From an uncultured candidatus Brocadiaceae bacterium (GTDB taxonomy: Bacteria; Planctomycetota; Brocadiia; SM23-32), in contig CAZNGS010000007.1 of NCBI GenBank assembly GCA_964572825.1, positions 31,716 through 95,715 on the forward strand: a stretch of 64,000 bases of DNA, written 5' to 3'. Under the pieces are notes generated by a model. It ran no database searches. It worked only from the letters and a program-made list of their open reading frames with translations, and was not told the origin of the DNA. The position numbers and the translations under genes were made by a program. Shown in pieces: positions 29,727 to 39,792 of the stretch (position 1 is its first letter; every line of letters begins with the position of its first letter).

Positions 29727-30406
29727 GTGAGGTACGACATTCGGGGCAACGTGCTGCAGACGGTAGACGTGTGGCTGGAGGAGGGAGAGCAGGTTTTTTG
29801 CGAGAGCGGCGGTATGTGCTGGATGTCGCCCAACATCGAGATGTCCACGGGCGCGGAGGGCGGCGTTCTGAAGAGCCTGGGCAGGATGTTCTCGGGCGAA
29901 TCCTTCTTCCTGAACACCTACACCTGCACCGAGGGCGAGGGCCTGATCGCCTTCTCCAATGAATTCCCCGGCAAGATCATCCCCTTCGAGCTGGGAGAAG
30001 GCCAGAGCATCATCTGCCAGAAAGACGCCTTCATGGCCGCCGAGAAGGGCGTGGGGACATGTCGGTGCACTTCCAGAAGAAGCTGGGGGCCGGGTTCTTC
30101 GGCGGCGAGGGGTTCATCCTGCAGAAGCTGACGGGGCCCGGAACGGTCTGGCTGGAGCTTGCGGGCGAGATCACCGAATATGAGCTCAAAGAGCGACAGA
30201 CGCTCAAGCTCGACCAGGGACATCTGGGGGCGATGGAGCCGACGGTTGATTTTGACCTGACCAGGGTCAAGGGCGTGAAGAACGTGCTGTTCGGCGGGGA
30301 AGGCCTTTTCCTGGCCAGCGTGATGGGGCCGGGGAAGGTGTGGCTGCAGAGCATGCCGCTGGCGAACCTGGCGGCTAAGTTGCACTCTCGCATGCCGAGC
30401 AAGTGA
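29727..30406 (+). pseudogene. AIM24/DUF124 (TIGR00266) family protein gene interrupted by -1 frameshift in a G4 run
   Basis: Two adjacent ORFs (29727-30131, 30059-30406) together reconstitute the family (…MCWMS…ESFF…, then KKLGAGFFGGEGFILQKLTGPG…GGEGLFLA…GKVWLQS); inserting one G at gtgggga (30053-30056) restores a single ~225-aa frame; GTG start with aaggaggg RBS. Confidence 0.7.
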
Positions 30407-30416
30407 AAGGCGAGCA

Positions 30417-30629
30417 ATGGTCGCGTGGAGTCTCGTCGGGCTGGTGATGCTGGCGGTGGCGGCGGCCGTGGCCGCGCTGGTGTTGTGGGGTCTGCTCTAC
30501 CTGCTGGTCGGCCTTTTCCACGCTCTCAAGGCGGAACGACTACCCGGCGAGAACGACGCCCGCTGGGAGCGCGACCAGGGCCGCGAGGCCGGCCGGAGCG
30601 AAGGAGAGCGGCATTCTCCCGACCGGTGA
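30417..30629 (+). CDS. Hypothetical small membrane protein
   Basis: 70 aa, one strong TM helix; weak support. Confidence 0.3.
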   Translation: MVAWSLVGLVMLAVAAAVAALVLWGLLYLLVGLFHALKAERLPGENDARWERDQGREAGRSEGERHSPDR

Positions 30630-30724
30630 TCTGTTTCTCCCACATTCACGTCCACGCCCGGGAGGTGGGCACGGAGAGGGACGCCGGCCCTGCCGGTTGG
30701 GAGCCGGGTGAGAAGGCCGGCTGA

Positions 30725-33010
30725 CTATTCGCCTGAGCTCGCAAGGCGGAAGATACGCGTCTCCCCGCGCCTGGTCTCGTAGCTGAAGGACTCCTTCCCG
30801 CAGGCCACCTGCCGGCCCGTCAGGGCATCCTCCACGTCGGAGGCGCGCGGCAGCGCGACGACCTCCGTCCCCTCTTCCAACGCGGTGACGCTCAGGTAGG
30901 CCCCGCCGGCATAGACCAGGCTACCGCGCGGGCTGTAGACATGCCCGCCGCCGGAGACGACGGCGTTCCGCAGCATCCACGGCGGCGGCAGGGGAGCGCC
31001 GATGTAAAGGGATGTGCTTCCGCCGACCTCCTTGACGGCCAGGCCGACCCGCTCCGTACCGCGGTACATGCCCAGGGGCGTCGCGTCCCCGTCGGAGACG
31101 TGGAACCGCGGCGTGAACCGGTACTGCTCCCGGTCCGGCGACGGCCACTCCAGGGGATCGTTATGAAAAGCGGGCCACTCGACGTAACGGAAGCCGGCGG
31201 CCAGAGTTTCGGGATCGACCGCCGACCCGAAGGAGTTTTCCATCGAATCCCAGGGCTCCCGGACGGGCCCGCGCGGAGGCGCCGTGAGCGGGTGGTAGGT
31301 GTCGGCGATCGTCACTTGCAGGAAGGCCTCGACATCCTCCCTTTCCAGCCGGATACCGGTCAGGTCTTCGCAGTTGGCCGGATCGCAGCCCCTCTCGTCC
31401 ACGAATCCGGGCGCGTAGAACCACACGGCCGTGGCGCCCGCGGATTCCATCCTGCGGCGGATGACCCGCCGCAGCCTGGAGGGCACATACGTGGCGTCGG
31501 GGAAGATGTAACCCGGGTAGTCGCGCTCCACGTTCTCAAAATCCTCCAGCAGGTAGTCGTCGAACGGCGTGCCCAGGCCGGGCAGCGACCACTGGCGGAG
31601 GCAATCCACGAACAGATTCTGGAACGTCGTCTCACGGCTGCGGAGGAGCGGGCTCTCGGCCGATGTGAACACCGCCACCGGGCTGACGCTCCGCCACGGC
31701 TCCCGGCGGGCGGCGTTCAACAGTTCGTGCAGCCGCCCGATCAGCGCGAGCAGGTCCGGGTCGTCGAAGTCCAGCGGCTCCCACTCGCGGGGATGGCCCT
31801 GACGGGTGAAGGTGAACGAACCGTTATCGGTCCAGCAGCAGTGGCAGCCTTTGGTGAGGGCGTAGGCCGCGTCCCGCTTAAGAATCTGCTCCGACTCCCA
31901 GGGGGTGCGGGCATCCCGTTTCTGCGGCACCCGAAGGTGGGTGCGGGTGTCCACGCGGTCGAAGAACGCCTTGCCGTGCAACCGCACAGAGTCCACCGCG
32001 TGCATGGAGTAATGAGCCCCCTCGAGCCCGCGGTTGTGGTAGTGGTAGGGCGAGTGGAGAAAATCCACCCATTCGGACCCCAGCAGGCGCATGACGCCGG
32101 CGTGACCACTGCCCTGAGGGCAGGGCGAGAGCACCGGCCAGCAGTAGGAGAAGCCGTGCATGAGGCCGACCAGCCGGGGTTCCTCCAGCGTTTCCTTGAT
32201 GGCGCGGCAGCAGGCGAGGGCCAGGCGGGCATTCAACTCGTTGTAGAACTGGTAGTAATCGGCCACCTTCGAGCCGCGGGATTCGCGGAATTCGAACACG
32301 CCGCCGCCCTCGGCCGCGCGGCGTTCTTGTGGCGTGGGCACGTCCGCCGCCTGGAAGCTGATGTCCGGATCAAGCCAGTTGCGGCGCAGCTCCTCGACCG
32401 CGTCCCCGTAGCGTTCCCGCAGCCACGCGCGGAACGCGCTCCTCATGGGCTCAGAATAGTCCCCCAGTACCCGGGCGCCGCGGGCGTGGGGGCGGGCCTC
32501 GCCAAACCCGATCCAATGGGCGTCGCCCAGGATGGGGTTGTAGCCCGCGACGTGGTCGGCGTAGGGCCCGGACTCGAAATGCCGGACGAACCGCCGCAGG
32601 GCGTCGGTGCAGTCCTGAAGCCATCGTTCAGAGGCCAGAGACGCCGCCGTCAGCCGCTTGCCGGAATGCAGCATGACGCACTCCTCCGGGTGGCGGCAGA
32701 ACCAGTGATATGGAGCGCCCGTGCGCGAGCCCACGAAGACGATGAACTTCGCGTCCGGATTCTTGCGCAGCATCCGGTCGAACTGGGCCTCGTGCTCGCT
32801 GTAATCGTAGCCGTCGGCGCCGTCCCAGCCGAACATGTAGGGCTGGGCCAGGGCCGCGAAGTAGAGGTCGATGCCCTGAGGGGAGTACATCTCGACCTTC
32901 CGGGGCGCGAGATAGGCCGGCGTGTCCGCGCCGCACAGCATGCGCCCGGCGGGCTCTCCGTCGATCACCAGTTCGGCCATGCCGTTGAGAACTCTGACCC
33001 GGGCAATCAT
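30725..33010 (-). CDS. GH42-like (beta-galactosidase-like TIM barrel) large protein, tandem paralog 1; acid/base Glu position substituted (GDAHW)
   Basis: Paralogous to next two genes; GH42-type motif after barrel strand: DYSEPMRSAFRAWLRERYGDAVEELRRNWLDP; start at MIARVRVLNGMAELVIDG. Confidence 0.7.
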   Translation of the reverse strand: MIARVRVLNGMAELVIDGEPAGRMLCGADTPAYLAPRKVEMYSPQGIDLYFAALAQPYMFGWDGADGYDYSEHEAQFDRMLRKNPDAKFIVFVGSRTGAPYHWFCRHPEECVMLHSGKRLTAASLASERWLQDCTDALRRFVRHFESGPYADHVAGYNPILGDAHWIGFGEARPHARGARVLGDYSEPMRSAFRAWLRERYGDAVEELRRNWLDPDISFQAADVPTPQERRAAEGGGVFEFRESRGSKVADYYQFYNELNARLALACCRAIKETLEEPRLVGLMHGFSYCWPVLSPCPQGSGHAGVMRLLGSEWVDFLHSPYHYHNRGLEGAHYSMHAVDSVRLHGKAFFDRVDTRTHLRVPQKRDARTPWESEQILKRDAAYALTKGCHCCWTDNGSFTFTRQGHPREWEPLDFDDPDLLALIGRLHELLNAARREPWRSVSPVAVFTSAESPLLRSRETTFQNLFVDCLRQWSLPGLGTPFDDYLLEDFENVERDYPGYIFPDATYVPSRLRRVIRRRMESAGATAVWFYAPGFVDERGCDPANCEDLTGIRLEREDVEAFLQVTIADTYHPLTAPPRGPVREPWDSMENSFGSAVDPETLAAGFRYVEWPAFHNDPLEWPSPDREQYRFTPRFHVSDGDATPLGMYRGTERVGLAVKEVGGSTSLYIGAPLPPPWMLRNAVVSGGGHVYSPRGSLVYAGGAYLSVTALEEGTEVVALPRASDVEDALTGRQVACGKESFSYETRRGETRIFRLASSGE

Positions 33011-35274
33011 CGCTGCCCTCCCCCTGATGGCCGCTCCAACTTGAACATCCGGACCTCGCCGTGCTGGGCCGGGAAGCTCACCTGCCGGACGCCCTCGCCC
33101 AGGCAATCGCCCTCCAGCGCATCGTACACGTCGCATTCTTCGGACAAATGCAGGGCCTTGGGGCCCTCACCATTGGCACAGAGCGTAACGTAGCGGCGGT
33201 TCGCGTAGACCAGGTCGCCCTGGGCACTGTAGAGGTGGACCCCCGCGTCCCGCAGGATGTTGCGCAGGATAGCCGTCGGGGGCATGGGAGCGCCTATGAA
33301 GACAGACCTGCCCTTGCCCACGCGCTTGACGACGAACCCGGGCCTGCCGATGCCGCGCATCACCCCCAGCACCTCGGCGTCGGCATCGTTGGCGCAAAAG
33401 ACCGGGCAGAACCGATGCTCGGCCCTCTCCTTCACGGGCCAGGGGATGAATCGGTCCACGGTGGAACGGAAGTAGAGCGGGTCCAGGTCCGAACCGAACT
33501 GAGCAACCCCGCCCAACTGCTGGGTAAAGGGATGGTTCAGCTCGGTAAGTTGCACCTGCAGGTAATCCTTGACCAGCTCCCGGTCCAGTCGGATGCCGGT
33601 AAGCTCCTCCATGTTGTCCAGGGAGCAGCCCTCCTCGTCCACGTAACCGGGCGCGTAGAACCACACGTAGGTGCCGCCCTCCTCTTCCATCCGGCGACGG
33701 ATGTGCCGGCGCATCTGCGCCCGCACGTAGAAGGCATTGGGGAACAGGTGCACCCGGTGATGAGGCGGGACTTCGGGCAGGTCCTCGAAGATGTAATCGT
33801 CGAACGGCGTCCCTGTCCACGGCAGGACCCACGAGCGGAGCCCCTCCACCAGCAGCAGGCCCAGGGCCTTCTCCATGGAACGGTACCAGTCGCCCCGCCT
33901 GGAGGTGAACAGGGCCACCTGATGGACCCGCTCGGGGCGGGCGAGCTGATTCTCGTCGGAGATTTCCCGCAACCGGGCGATAAGCCGGCCGAGCTCTGGG
34001 TCGTCGAACCACAGCTGCTGCTGCTGGTTGGCGGTGGTCTGGCCGCCGTAAACGTGCAGGCCGATGTCGTACCAGTAATGGTGCGCGTTCTTGGACAGCG
34101 TGTAGGCGACGGAGCGCTTCAGCACCTGCTTGGACTGCCAGGGGGTCACCGCGTTGGTGTAGTAGAGCTCCCCGCTGGCATGCAGGTGTGTCTTGATGTC
34201 CAGTTGGTCGAGAAAGACCTTCCCCCTCAGCAGCACCGAATCGATGGCGTGCTCGGAGAGATGGACGCCGCCGAAGCAGCGGTTGAAATAGTGAAAAGGT
34301 GAGCCAAAAAAGTCGATGTAGGGCGACCGGAACAGGCGCCGCGCGGCCCCATGACCCTTGCCGTTGGGGTGGCCCAGGAACTGCGAGCAGTAGCTGTATC
34401 CGTGGCACATCCCCACCAGCTTCCGCCCCTGGCAGCCTTCCTTGGCCGCCCGTGCGTAGGCGATGGCCAGGTCGGCGTTCAGGTCGTTGAAGCAGCTAAA
34501 GTAGTCGGCCACCTTCAGGCCGCAGTGCTGGCGGTAGTGGAACAGGGCTTCCTCTCCCAGGCCAGTCCGCTCCCCCGGGGTGAGCAGTTCCGCCGTCTCG
34601 AAGGTCACCTCCGGATCGCCCCAGCGGCGACGCAGTTCCGCCACGTCGCCCTCGTAATGGTCCCGCAGCCACTCGCGGAACGCCCGGCTCATGGGCTCGG
34701 AGAAGTCGTCCGCGTCCTTGTGCCATTCCGTGCACCCGGTGCTGGGCCAGTAGCCGATGATGTTGTCGGCGAATTCGCTGGCCTCGAAATGCTCGACGAA
34801 CCGGCGCACGGCCTCGCTGCTCTCCCTCAGCCACAGTCGGGAGCCGAGGGAAGGCCCGATGGTGCGGACGGGCTCATCGTACCGCCTCGCCTCCCCCGCC
34901 CCGGTGTCGAAGGAGGCCCTGGTGTGCCGGTAGGGCAACTGCAATTGCTCCGAGTGGAGCATGCACCACATGTAGGGCGCGCCCGGCCGGGCGCCCACGT
35001 AGAGGAGGACGCGCACGTCGGCCCGCCTGCGGACCAGCTTTGCCAGGTGCACCTCGCAGGCGGAGTAGTCGTAGGTGTCGGCCCCGTCCCAGCCGAACTG
35101 GAACGGCTGGAACATCGAGGTCATGAAAATGTTGATGTCGGCCTCGCGGAATTCGTCGACCTTCTCCGCCGCCCAGAATCCGGGCATGTCCGCAGATGCG
35201 TAGGTGCGGGTCGCACGCCGGCCGTCGATCACGATCTCCGCGATTCCGCCGCTTACCTCGCGCCTTGCTTCCAT
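33007..35274 (-). CDS. GH42-like large protein, tandem paralog 2 (GCTEW at putative acid/base position)
   Basis: DFSEPMSRAFREWLRDHYEGDVAELRRRWGDP; ~45% identity to neighbours by eye; start at MEARREVSGGIAEIVIDG. Confidence 0.7.
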   Translation of the reverse strand: MEARREVSGGIAEIVIDGRRATRTYASADMPGFWAAEKVDEFREADINIFMTSMFQPFQFGWDGADTYDYSACEVHLAKLVRRRADVRVLLYVGARPGAPYMWCMLHSEQLQLPYRHTRASFDTGAGEARRYDEPVRTIGPSLGSRLWLRESSEAVRRFVEHFEASEFADNIIGYWPSTGCTEWHKDADDFSEPMSRAFREWLRDHYEGDVAELRRRWGDPEVTFETAELLTPGERTGLGEEALFHYRQHCGLKVADYFSCFNDLNADLAIAYARAAKEGCQGRKLVGMCHGYSYCSQFLGHPNGKGHGAARRLFRSPYIDFFGSPFHYFNRCFGGVHLSEHAIDSVLLRGKVFLDQLDIKTHLHASGELYYTNAVTPWQSKQVLKRSVAYTLSKNAHHYWYDIGLHVYGGQTTANQQQQLWFDDPELGRLIARLREISDENQLARPERVHQVALFTSRRGDWYRSMEKALGLLLVEGLRSWVLPWTGTPFDDYIFEDLPEVPPHHRVHLFPNAFYVRAQMRRHIRRRMEEEGGTYVWFYAPGYVDEEGCSLDNMEELTGIRLDRELVKDYLQVQLTELNHPFTQQLGGVAQFGSDLDPLYFRSTVDRFIPWPVKERAEHRFCPVFCANDADAEVLGVMRGIGRPGFVVKRVGKGRSVFIGAPMPPTAILRNILRDAGVHLYSAQGDLVYANRRYVTLCANGEGPKALHLSEECDVYDALEGDCLGEGVRQVSFPAQHGEVRMFKLERPSGGGQR

Positions 35275-35312
35275 GCTGTCTTCACCCTCCGAAACATGGG
35301 GCAGACCGATGG

Positions 35313-37526
35313 TCACCCTCGGCTCGAAAGCCGGAAGATGCGCATCTCGCCGTACGTGGTCGGGTAGCTGAAAGAATCCGCGCACTCCACCATCTCCTCC
35401 CCCGTCAGGGCGTCCTCCACCCGGCAGAGACCGGGCAGCACGACCGTCTCGGTGCCATCGGCCGCCGCCTGGACGCATACGTAGCCGCTGCTGGCGTAGA
35501 CCAGGCTGCCGCAGGGGCTGTAGATGTGCCCGCCGGCGGCGGCGATGATGTTGCGCAGCACGGGGGCCGGCAGCAGCGGCGCCGCCGAATACACGACCGT
35601 GCCCTGGCCGACCTGCTTGACTGCGAGACCCGGCCCGTCGGCCCGCCGGAGCGTCCCCAGGACTTCAGCCTCCGGGTCCGCGGCGTAGAAAAGCGGGTGG
35701 AACCGGTACTGCATCCGGTCGTCGGGGAACTGCAGCCATTCCTGGCCGGCGTTGAAGACCTCCGGATCCATGTCGGTGCCGTAGCTGGTTTCGGAGACGC
35801 CTTCCAGCAGGGGATGACCCCCCTGCTCGAGATCGACCTGCAGGAAGTCCAGCGCCCGCTTTTGCGCCAGCCGCAGGCCGGTGAACGCCTCGACCCGGTC
35901 CAAGCCGGTGCCCTCGTCGTCGGCGTAGCCGGGGGCATGGAAGAAGACGGCGGTCGCGCCGTCCTCGACCTTCCGGCGGACCGCATCGCGCAGGTTTTCG
36001 GGCACGTAAACGGCGTTGGGGAAGACATACACCGCGTAATCGCGCTCAACGTTGTGGAAATCCTCCAGCACGTAGTCGTCGAAGGGCGTGCCGATCCAGG
36101 GCAGGATCCACTGCCGCAGCGCGTCCACGAAGAACTGCTGGAACATCCGCTCGGACTTCAGGTAGTAGGTGCCCTGTTTGGAGGTGAAGAAGCCGACCTC
36201 GGTCACGTTCTCCGTGCCCCGCTCCTGGTTCTCGTCGCTCAGGCGGCGTAGTCGGCCGATCAGCGCGCGGATGTCGGGCGAGTCGTAATGCAGCGGCTCC
36301 AATTCCGAGGGCGCGCCGAAGCCGCCGAAAACGCCGCGATGTATCTCCATCCAGTAGCAGTGGCAGTTCTTGGTCAGCGAGTAGGCGAAGTCTCGCTTCA
36401 GCACCTGCTCCGTCTCGAACGGCGTGGTGGCGTTGGTGTTCGGCCCGTGCTTCAGGTGGGTCTTGGTGTCGATCTGGTCCAGCATCAGTTTCCCGTGCAG
36501 CAGCACCGAATCCGGCGCATGCTCGCTGTAGTGCGTGCCGCCGAAGCAGCGGTTGTAATAGTGATAGGGCGACTGGAAGAAGTCCACGTGGGGCGACTCC
36601 AGCAGCTTCATCAGCGCGCCGTGGCCGTGCACCTGGGGATAGCCCGCCACGTGCGGGCCGCAGTAGGCGTAGGCGTTCATCAAGCCGCACAGCAGGGGTT
36701 TCGTGGCCGCCTCCTTGGCCGCCCGGCACCACGTCTCGGCCATGTTGCACCACGCCTCGTTCCAGCAGCGGTAGAAATCCACCAGCCGGTTTCCGAAGGT
36801 CTCGTAGCTGTAGAACATGCCGTGGTGGCCGTGGTTGAGGCGTTCCTCGGGGCTGGGCACGCTGACCTGCTCGAAGGTGATCTGGGGGTCGCGCCAGCTT
36901 TCCCGCAACGCCTCCACGTCGCCGTCGTAGCGGTCGCGAACCCATTGCCGGTAATGCCGCTGGAAGGGCTCGGAGTAGTCGGCGAAGCCGTCCTCGACCG
37001 GGTCGGTGTGGTAGGCGCCATAGGCAAACCACTCGTTGGCGCCCATCACGAAGTTGTAGCCGATCACGTGGTCGGCCACATCACACTGCTCGAAATGACG
37101 CACGATGCGCCGGATGGCCTCGCAGGAGTCTTTCCGCCAGACCTTGGAGGCGACGGACGGGCCATCCATGCGCACGCCATTGCTCAGCAGCGTGCACTCC
37201 TCCGGGTGATTCATGTACCACTTGTAGGGCGCGCTGGTGCGAATGCCCAGGTAGAGGATCAGCCGGGCGTCCGGCTCGTACCGGACGATGCGCCTTACGT
37301 AGGACTCGTACTCGATGCAGTCGTAGCGGACGCCGCCGTCCCAGCACATCAGCATCGGTCGGTGCAGGCTGACCAGGTGCACCCGGATGTCGGCCTCGCT
37401 GTACTGATCCATTTTCTCCAGCACAAGGTAGGCCGGCAGGTCCGGCCTGGAGCACATGCGCGCCTGCAGCTCGCCGTCCAGAAACAGCTCCGGCACTCCG
37501 TCCACGATCTCTCGCTCTGCATCCAT
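35313..37526 (-). CDS. GH42-like large protein, tandem paralog 3 (GANEW at putative acid/base position)
   Basis: DYSEPFQRHYRQWVRDRYDGDVEALRESWRDP; start at MDAEREIVDGVPELFLDG. Confidence 0.7.
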   Translation of the reverse strand: MDAEREIVDGVPELFLDGELQARMCSRPDLPAYLVLEKMDQYSEADIRVHLVSLHRPMLMCWDGGVRYDCIEYESYVRRIVRYEPDARLILYLGIRTSAPYKWYMNHPEECTLLSNGVRMDGPSVASKVWRKDSCEAIRRIVRHFEQCDVADHVIGYNFVMGANEWFAYGAYHTDPVEDGFADYSEPFQRHYRQWVRDRYDGDVEALRESWRDPQITFEQVSVPSPEERLNHGHHGMFYSYETFGNRLVDFYRCWNEAWCNMAETWCRAAKEAATKPLLCGLMNAYAYCGPHVAGYPQVHGHGALMKLLESPHVDFFQSPYHYYNRCFGGTHYSEHAPDSVLLHGKLMLDQIDTKTHLKHGPNTNATTPFETEQVLKRDFAYSLTKNCHCYWMEIHRGVFGGFGAPSELEPLHYDSPDIRALIGRLRRLSDENQERGTENVTEVGFFTSKQGTYYLKSERMFQQFFVDALRQWILPWIGTPFDDYVLEDFHNVERDYAVYVFPNAVYVPENLRDAVRRKVEDGATAVFFHAPGYADDEGTGLDRVEAFTGLRLAQKRALDFLQVDLEQGGHPLLEGVSETSYGTDMDPEVFNAGQEWLQFPDDRMQYRFHPLFYAADPEAEVLGTLRRADGPGLAVKQVGQGTVVYSAAPLLPAPVLRNIIAAAGGHIYSPCGSLVYASSGYVCVQAAADGTETVVLPGLCRVEDALTGEEMVECADSFSYPTTYGEMRIFRLSSRG

Positions 37527-37635
37527 CGCGCGATCCCCTTCATTGCAGCGGTGAAGTCGCCGTCCCGACGACCATGATATCGCCGTCGGTCGCCGATGCA
37601 AGCCGGCTGCCGGGCGGGCCAGACGGGCCGGTTGG

Positions 37636-37947
37636 TCACCCGCCCCCGGCCTTCTTGAGGGAAAGGGCTTCCTCGTTCACGAACACCAGTCCGAAGAAGC
37701 CCAGGGTCGCCCGCTGTTCGTTGACGGGATGCCGGGTCTCGGAGAAGACGAGATGGTTCTTGTAGGTGAGTAGCTCCGCCCCGGCAGCGCCCAGCACGGC
37801 GCCGAGGGTGCCGTGCTCCTCGGCCGCCGCCTCCCGCACGGCCCGCCGGTGCTGGCCCGCGTCGGGATTGGTGAAGAAGGCAGCCGTGACCCCGGCGGCC
37901 AGCGCCACCACTACCACCAGGCCGCATCCTTTGATGCATCCTCGCAT
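37636..37947 (-). CDS. Small secreted/lipoprotein, hypothetical (DUF4359-like?)
   Basis: MRGCIKGCGLVVVVALAAGVTAAFF signal/lipobox-like N-terminus, ~103 aa. Confidence 0.45.
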   Translation of the reverse strand: MRGCIKGCGLVVVVALAAGVTAAFFTNPDAGQHRRAVREAAAEEHGTLGAVLGAAGAELLTYKNHLVFSETRHPVNEQRATLGFFGLVFVNEEALSLKKAGGG

Positions 37948-38053
37948 AGGAATTCTCTTCCCGCTCACCGCCTTCAGGAGACTGTCGCTCAACCGGCCCT
38001 GGCGGAGCGACGCCACGGGCGAAGGCGCCCGTGCTCCACAAAAACCACTGCGA

Positions 38054-39766
38054 CTACCGCGGGGTGTCCTCGGCCACGCGACCGGAAGCGGCCCGGAGAT
38101 CGAAGCAACCGATGCTCTTGTCGAGCCGCAGGTAGGCGAGCCCATCGACAATAGCGGGCGAGGTGCACTGGGTGATCCCCAGCCGGGCCTCGCCGAGCAG
38201 CCTGCACTCCGCCGGATCGGCCTCGAAAAGCAGCAGGGCATCGTCCGCGATGGCGATCAGTTTGCCGTCCGCGACGATGGGGGACGAGAAATGCGCCTTT
38301 CTCACTCGCTTCTGCCAGTTCACGCGACCGGTCTCCAGGTCCAGGCAGGCCACTGTGGGCTTCGGTTTGGCCGCGACCACGTAGGCGGCGTCGCCATGAA
38401 TCACGGGGCTCGAACCCCGGTCGGTGAAGGGCGCACTCCAGAGTTCCTCCGCACCCTGGCGGGATATGCGGAAGCCCTTGACGCCGAACTCTTCGTCCTT
38501 GCCCATGACCACCATGAGGTTGCCCTGCACGGCCGCCGTCGCGTGGCTGCTGGCCGCGGGGATTTGCCACAACAGGGAGCCATCGGTGGGGTCCACGCAC
38601 CCGGTCTTCTTGGGTGTCTGGCAGATCAGCAGCGTCTCCCCCCCGGTCTGCCATGTGGTCGGGGAGTTGTGATGGCAGAAGAGCTCCTCCTGCTGCCAGA
38701 GCAGCTCCCCGGTGGCCGCATCGTAACCGCTCAGCGGTCCGGCGGAGAGCACGGCCACTCCGTCCACGACGGCGAAGGACGCGGAAGGCTGCCAGGAGTC
38801 CGGAGCATCGGTCTTCGTCTCCCAGACGGTCTCCCCGGTGGCGGCGTCCAGGCAGTAGGCCATCGTGTCCGAGCCGAGCACGTAACATCGGCCGTCCACA
38901 ACACAGGGTGTGCAGGAGCAGGCCCAGTCGTAAGCCGTGCCGGGCATCTCGGTTTTCCAGACGGTCTCGCCGGTGACAGCATCGAAGCAGAGCACCACGT
39001 CCTTCGCCCTCACCTCGTAGTCGGGAATCACCTTCATGATCTTCTCGCGCACGCCGCCCTCGATGCCGTGCTCGGCGAACCACTCGTCCAGCGCCTTCTG
39101 TGTGGGGAACTGTCGGTCCGCGATCTCCTTGAGCTGCTTCAGCGCGTGGAGCGGCACGGCCTTCTCTCCGAGCATCAAACGCCTCTGGCAGGGGCCGCGC
39201 CACTTGCTCTGCTCTTCGGGTATGTTCTCCTGAACCCACCGGGCGGCCCAGCCGCGCACTTCGTTCTTTTCCAGCGCGGCCCGTTCGTCGCTGAGGCGCG
39301 CCTCTTCGGTGGCCTCCCGGATGTCCTGGGGCATCTGCTCTTCCCAGCCCAGTCGCCTCAGCGCGTCTTTGGTCAGTATGCGGGTGGGCGTGGGCACGCG
39401 ATACTTCCAGTTGGAGTAGACGTAAGCCTTCCCGTCCACCACCGAGACGCTTCCGAATCCGCCCTCCCTTTCGGCCGGGACCTCGGCGGTGGTCCAGACC
39501 TCGGGCGGACCCCGCCGTCCCCATTCCCCGGTCAGAGCGGGACTTCCCGGGGCCACCCCGTTCCGGTTCGGCCCGCGCCACTGATTCCAGTCAGCCCCGC
39601 TGACGAACGACATGCCCACGAGTATCAGATAAACAGTCAGAATCTTGCCGGCTCTGCTCAAAGACACGATGCTCCCCTTCTCACGGGTAGAAACGATGGG
39701 ATACCCCCGAACATCGACTTTAGATATGATAGGATACGGGCCTTTTGTCGGCAACTGCCTGCGCAT
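38054..39766 (-). CDS. PQQ-like beta-propeller repeat protein (BamB/PQQ-enzyme-repeat family), secreted
   Basis: Repeated ...DG.VY.....G.LYALDA.TGE.LW... units (VLCFDAVTGETVWK, AYCLDAATGETVWE, YDAATGELLWQ, VACLDLETGRVNWQ); hydrophobic signal-like segment near N-terminus; exact start uncertain. Confidence 0.7.
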   Translation of the reverse strand: MRRQLPTKGPYPIISKVDVRGYPIVSTREKGSIVSLSRAGKILTVYLILVGMSFVSGADWNQWRGPNRNGVAPGSPALTGEWGRRGPPEVWTTAEVPAEREGGFGSVSVVDGKAYVYSNWKYRVPTPTRILTKDALRRLGWEEQMPQDIREATEEARLSDERAALEKNEVRGWAARWVQENIPEEQSKWRGPCQRRLMLGEKAVPLHALKQLKEIADRQFPTQKALDEWFAEHGIEGGVREKIMKVIPDYEVRAKDVVLCFDAVTGETVWKTEMPGTAYDWACSCTPCVVDGRCYVLGSDTMAYCLDAATGETVWETKTDAPDSWQPSASFAVVDGVAVLSAGPLSGYDAATGELLWQQEELFCHHNSPTTWQTGGETLLICQTPKKTGCVDPTDGSLLWQIPAASSHATAAVQGNLMVVMGKDEEFGVKGFRISRQGAEELWSAPFTDRGSSPVIHGDAAYVVAAKPKPTVACLDLETGRVNWQKRVRKAHFSSPIVADGKLIAIADDALLLFEADPAECRLLGEARLGITQCTSPAIVDGLAYLRLDKSIGCFDLRAASGRVAEDTPR

Positions 39767-39792
39767 CTACTCCGGGCATTCGGGAGGCGAAA

